A DNA stretch of 64,000 nt from Takakia lepidozioides (taxonomy: Eukaryota; Plantae; Bryophyta): contig CM060731.1 in NCBI GenBank assembly GCA_030704615.1, positions 13,516,001 through 13,580,000 of the forward strand, written 5' to 3'. Below the pieces are notes generated by a model that searched no databases, was not told the DNA's origin, and worked only from the letters and a program-made list of their open reading frames with translations. The position numbers were made by a program, and so were the translations under genes. Positions 63,386 through 64,000 of the stretch are shown here, piece by piece; the first letter of the stretch is position 1; the number at the start of each line of letters is the position of its first letter.

Positions 63386-64000
63386 ACATGGTGTGGTGCA
63401 GGGAACCAAAAAAAAACGCCAAGTCCCAACCCTCCTCTGTGTTCACGATTATCCTAGTGGACAACCTTATTAGCAACTTTTTAACTTTTTTAAACCTAAT
63501 GTGCAACCTTATTAGCAATTTTTTGACTTTTTAACCTTTTGCACTTTGATTCATTCTAGGTCAGAGGCTAAAGTCCTGCTATCAGACTTGTCTAGAAAAC
63601 CAAAACACCACGTAGACAAACATTTGATAATGGTAATAAAATATATTACCATTGGGCTGGTTTGAACACTTGTTAGTAAATTTAGGTTAGGATTTTTTCG
63701 AAATATTCTGGTTTTTTCTTTGATGTGTGAGATGACAAAGTCCAAGCATGTCACATAAACAAGGAGTTCAACGTAAGGATGATGCAAGTGCGGATGAAAC
63801 TTCAATTGCAACTTCTGGGCTTCCCGACCCTGCAGTGTTGGTGCAATGTTCTGCACCGAGGAAGCGAAATAGGGCCCCCAAACCATTTCCATCTCTTCTA
63901 CAAATCGGTTCCACCGGAGAGAAGTCCTTCGTCAGAGACAAAGCAGACTCGAGGAAGAAAATGAATACCGCGGACATACCGGGGTCTCGTCAAAACACGT

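Overview
Repeat-rich nuclear DNA from a land plant. The spliceosomal introns, PLS-type PPRs and copia-type half-tRNA PBS suggest a non-seed plant such as a bryophyte (inference). Order of contents: degenerate Ty3/Gypsy pol with a 42-bp tandem array, PPT and probable 3' LTR; an intron-bearing alpha-SNAP pseudogene; several truncated copies of one LINE; a hairpin-repeat array and a hAT remnant; an apparently intact host gene island (HMA-domain protein, two paralogous 94-aa proteins ending -SRL/-SRF, a fungal-type zf-MYND + DUF4470-like gene); and a nest of Copia < CACTA < MITE. Next come four related non-autonomous units capped by a GA-rich fold-back element. The most unusual part is ~47.5-58.3 kb. 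It is a divergently transcribed cassette with an En/Spm TNP1-like domain, an ORF with RNA Pol II CTD-like heptads, a ParB-like GGQ[H/Y]T protein and two tandem FCP1/NIF phosphatase-like domains. About 10 copies of a 24-bp palindrome (AACCTCCACTG-NN-CAGTGGAGGTT) mark it, and I saw none elsewhere in the window. The window ends in a tandemly amplified PLS-PPR pseudogene array. All domain calls are by-eye motif recognition, not database results.
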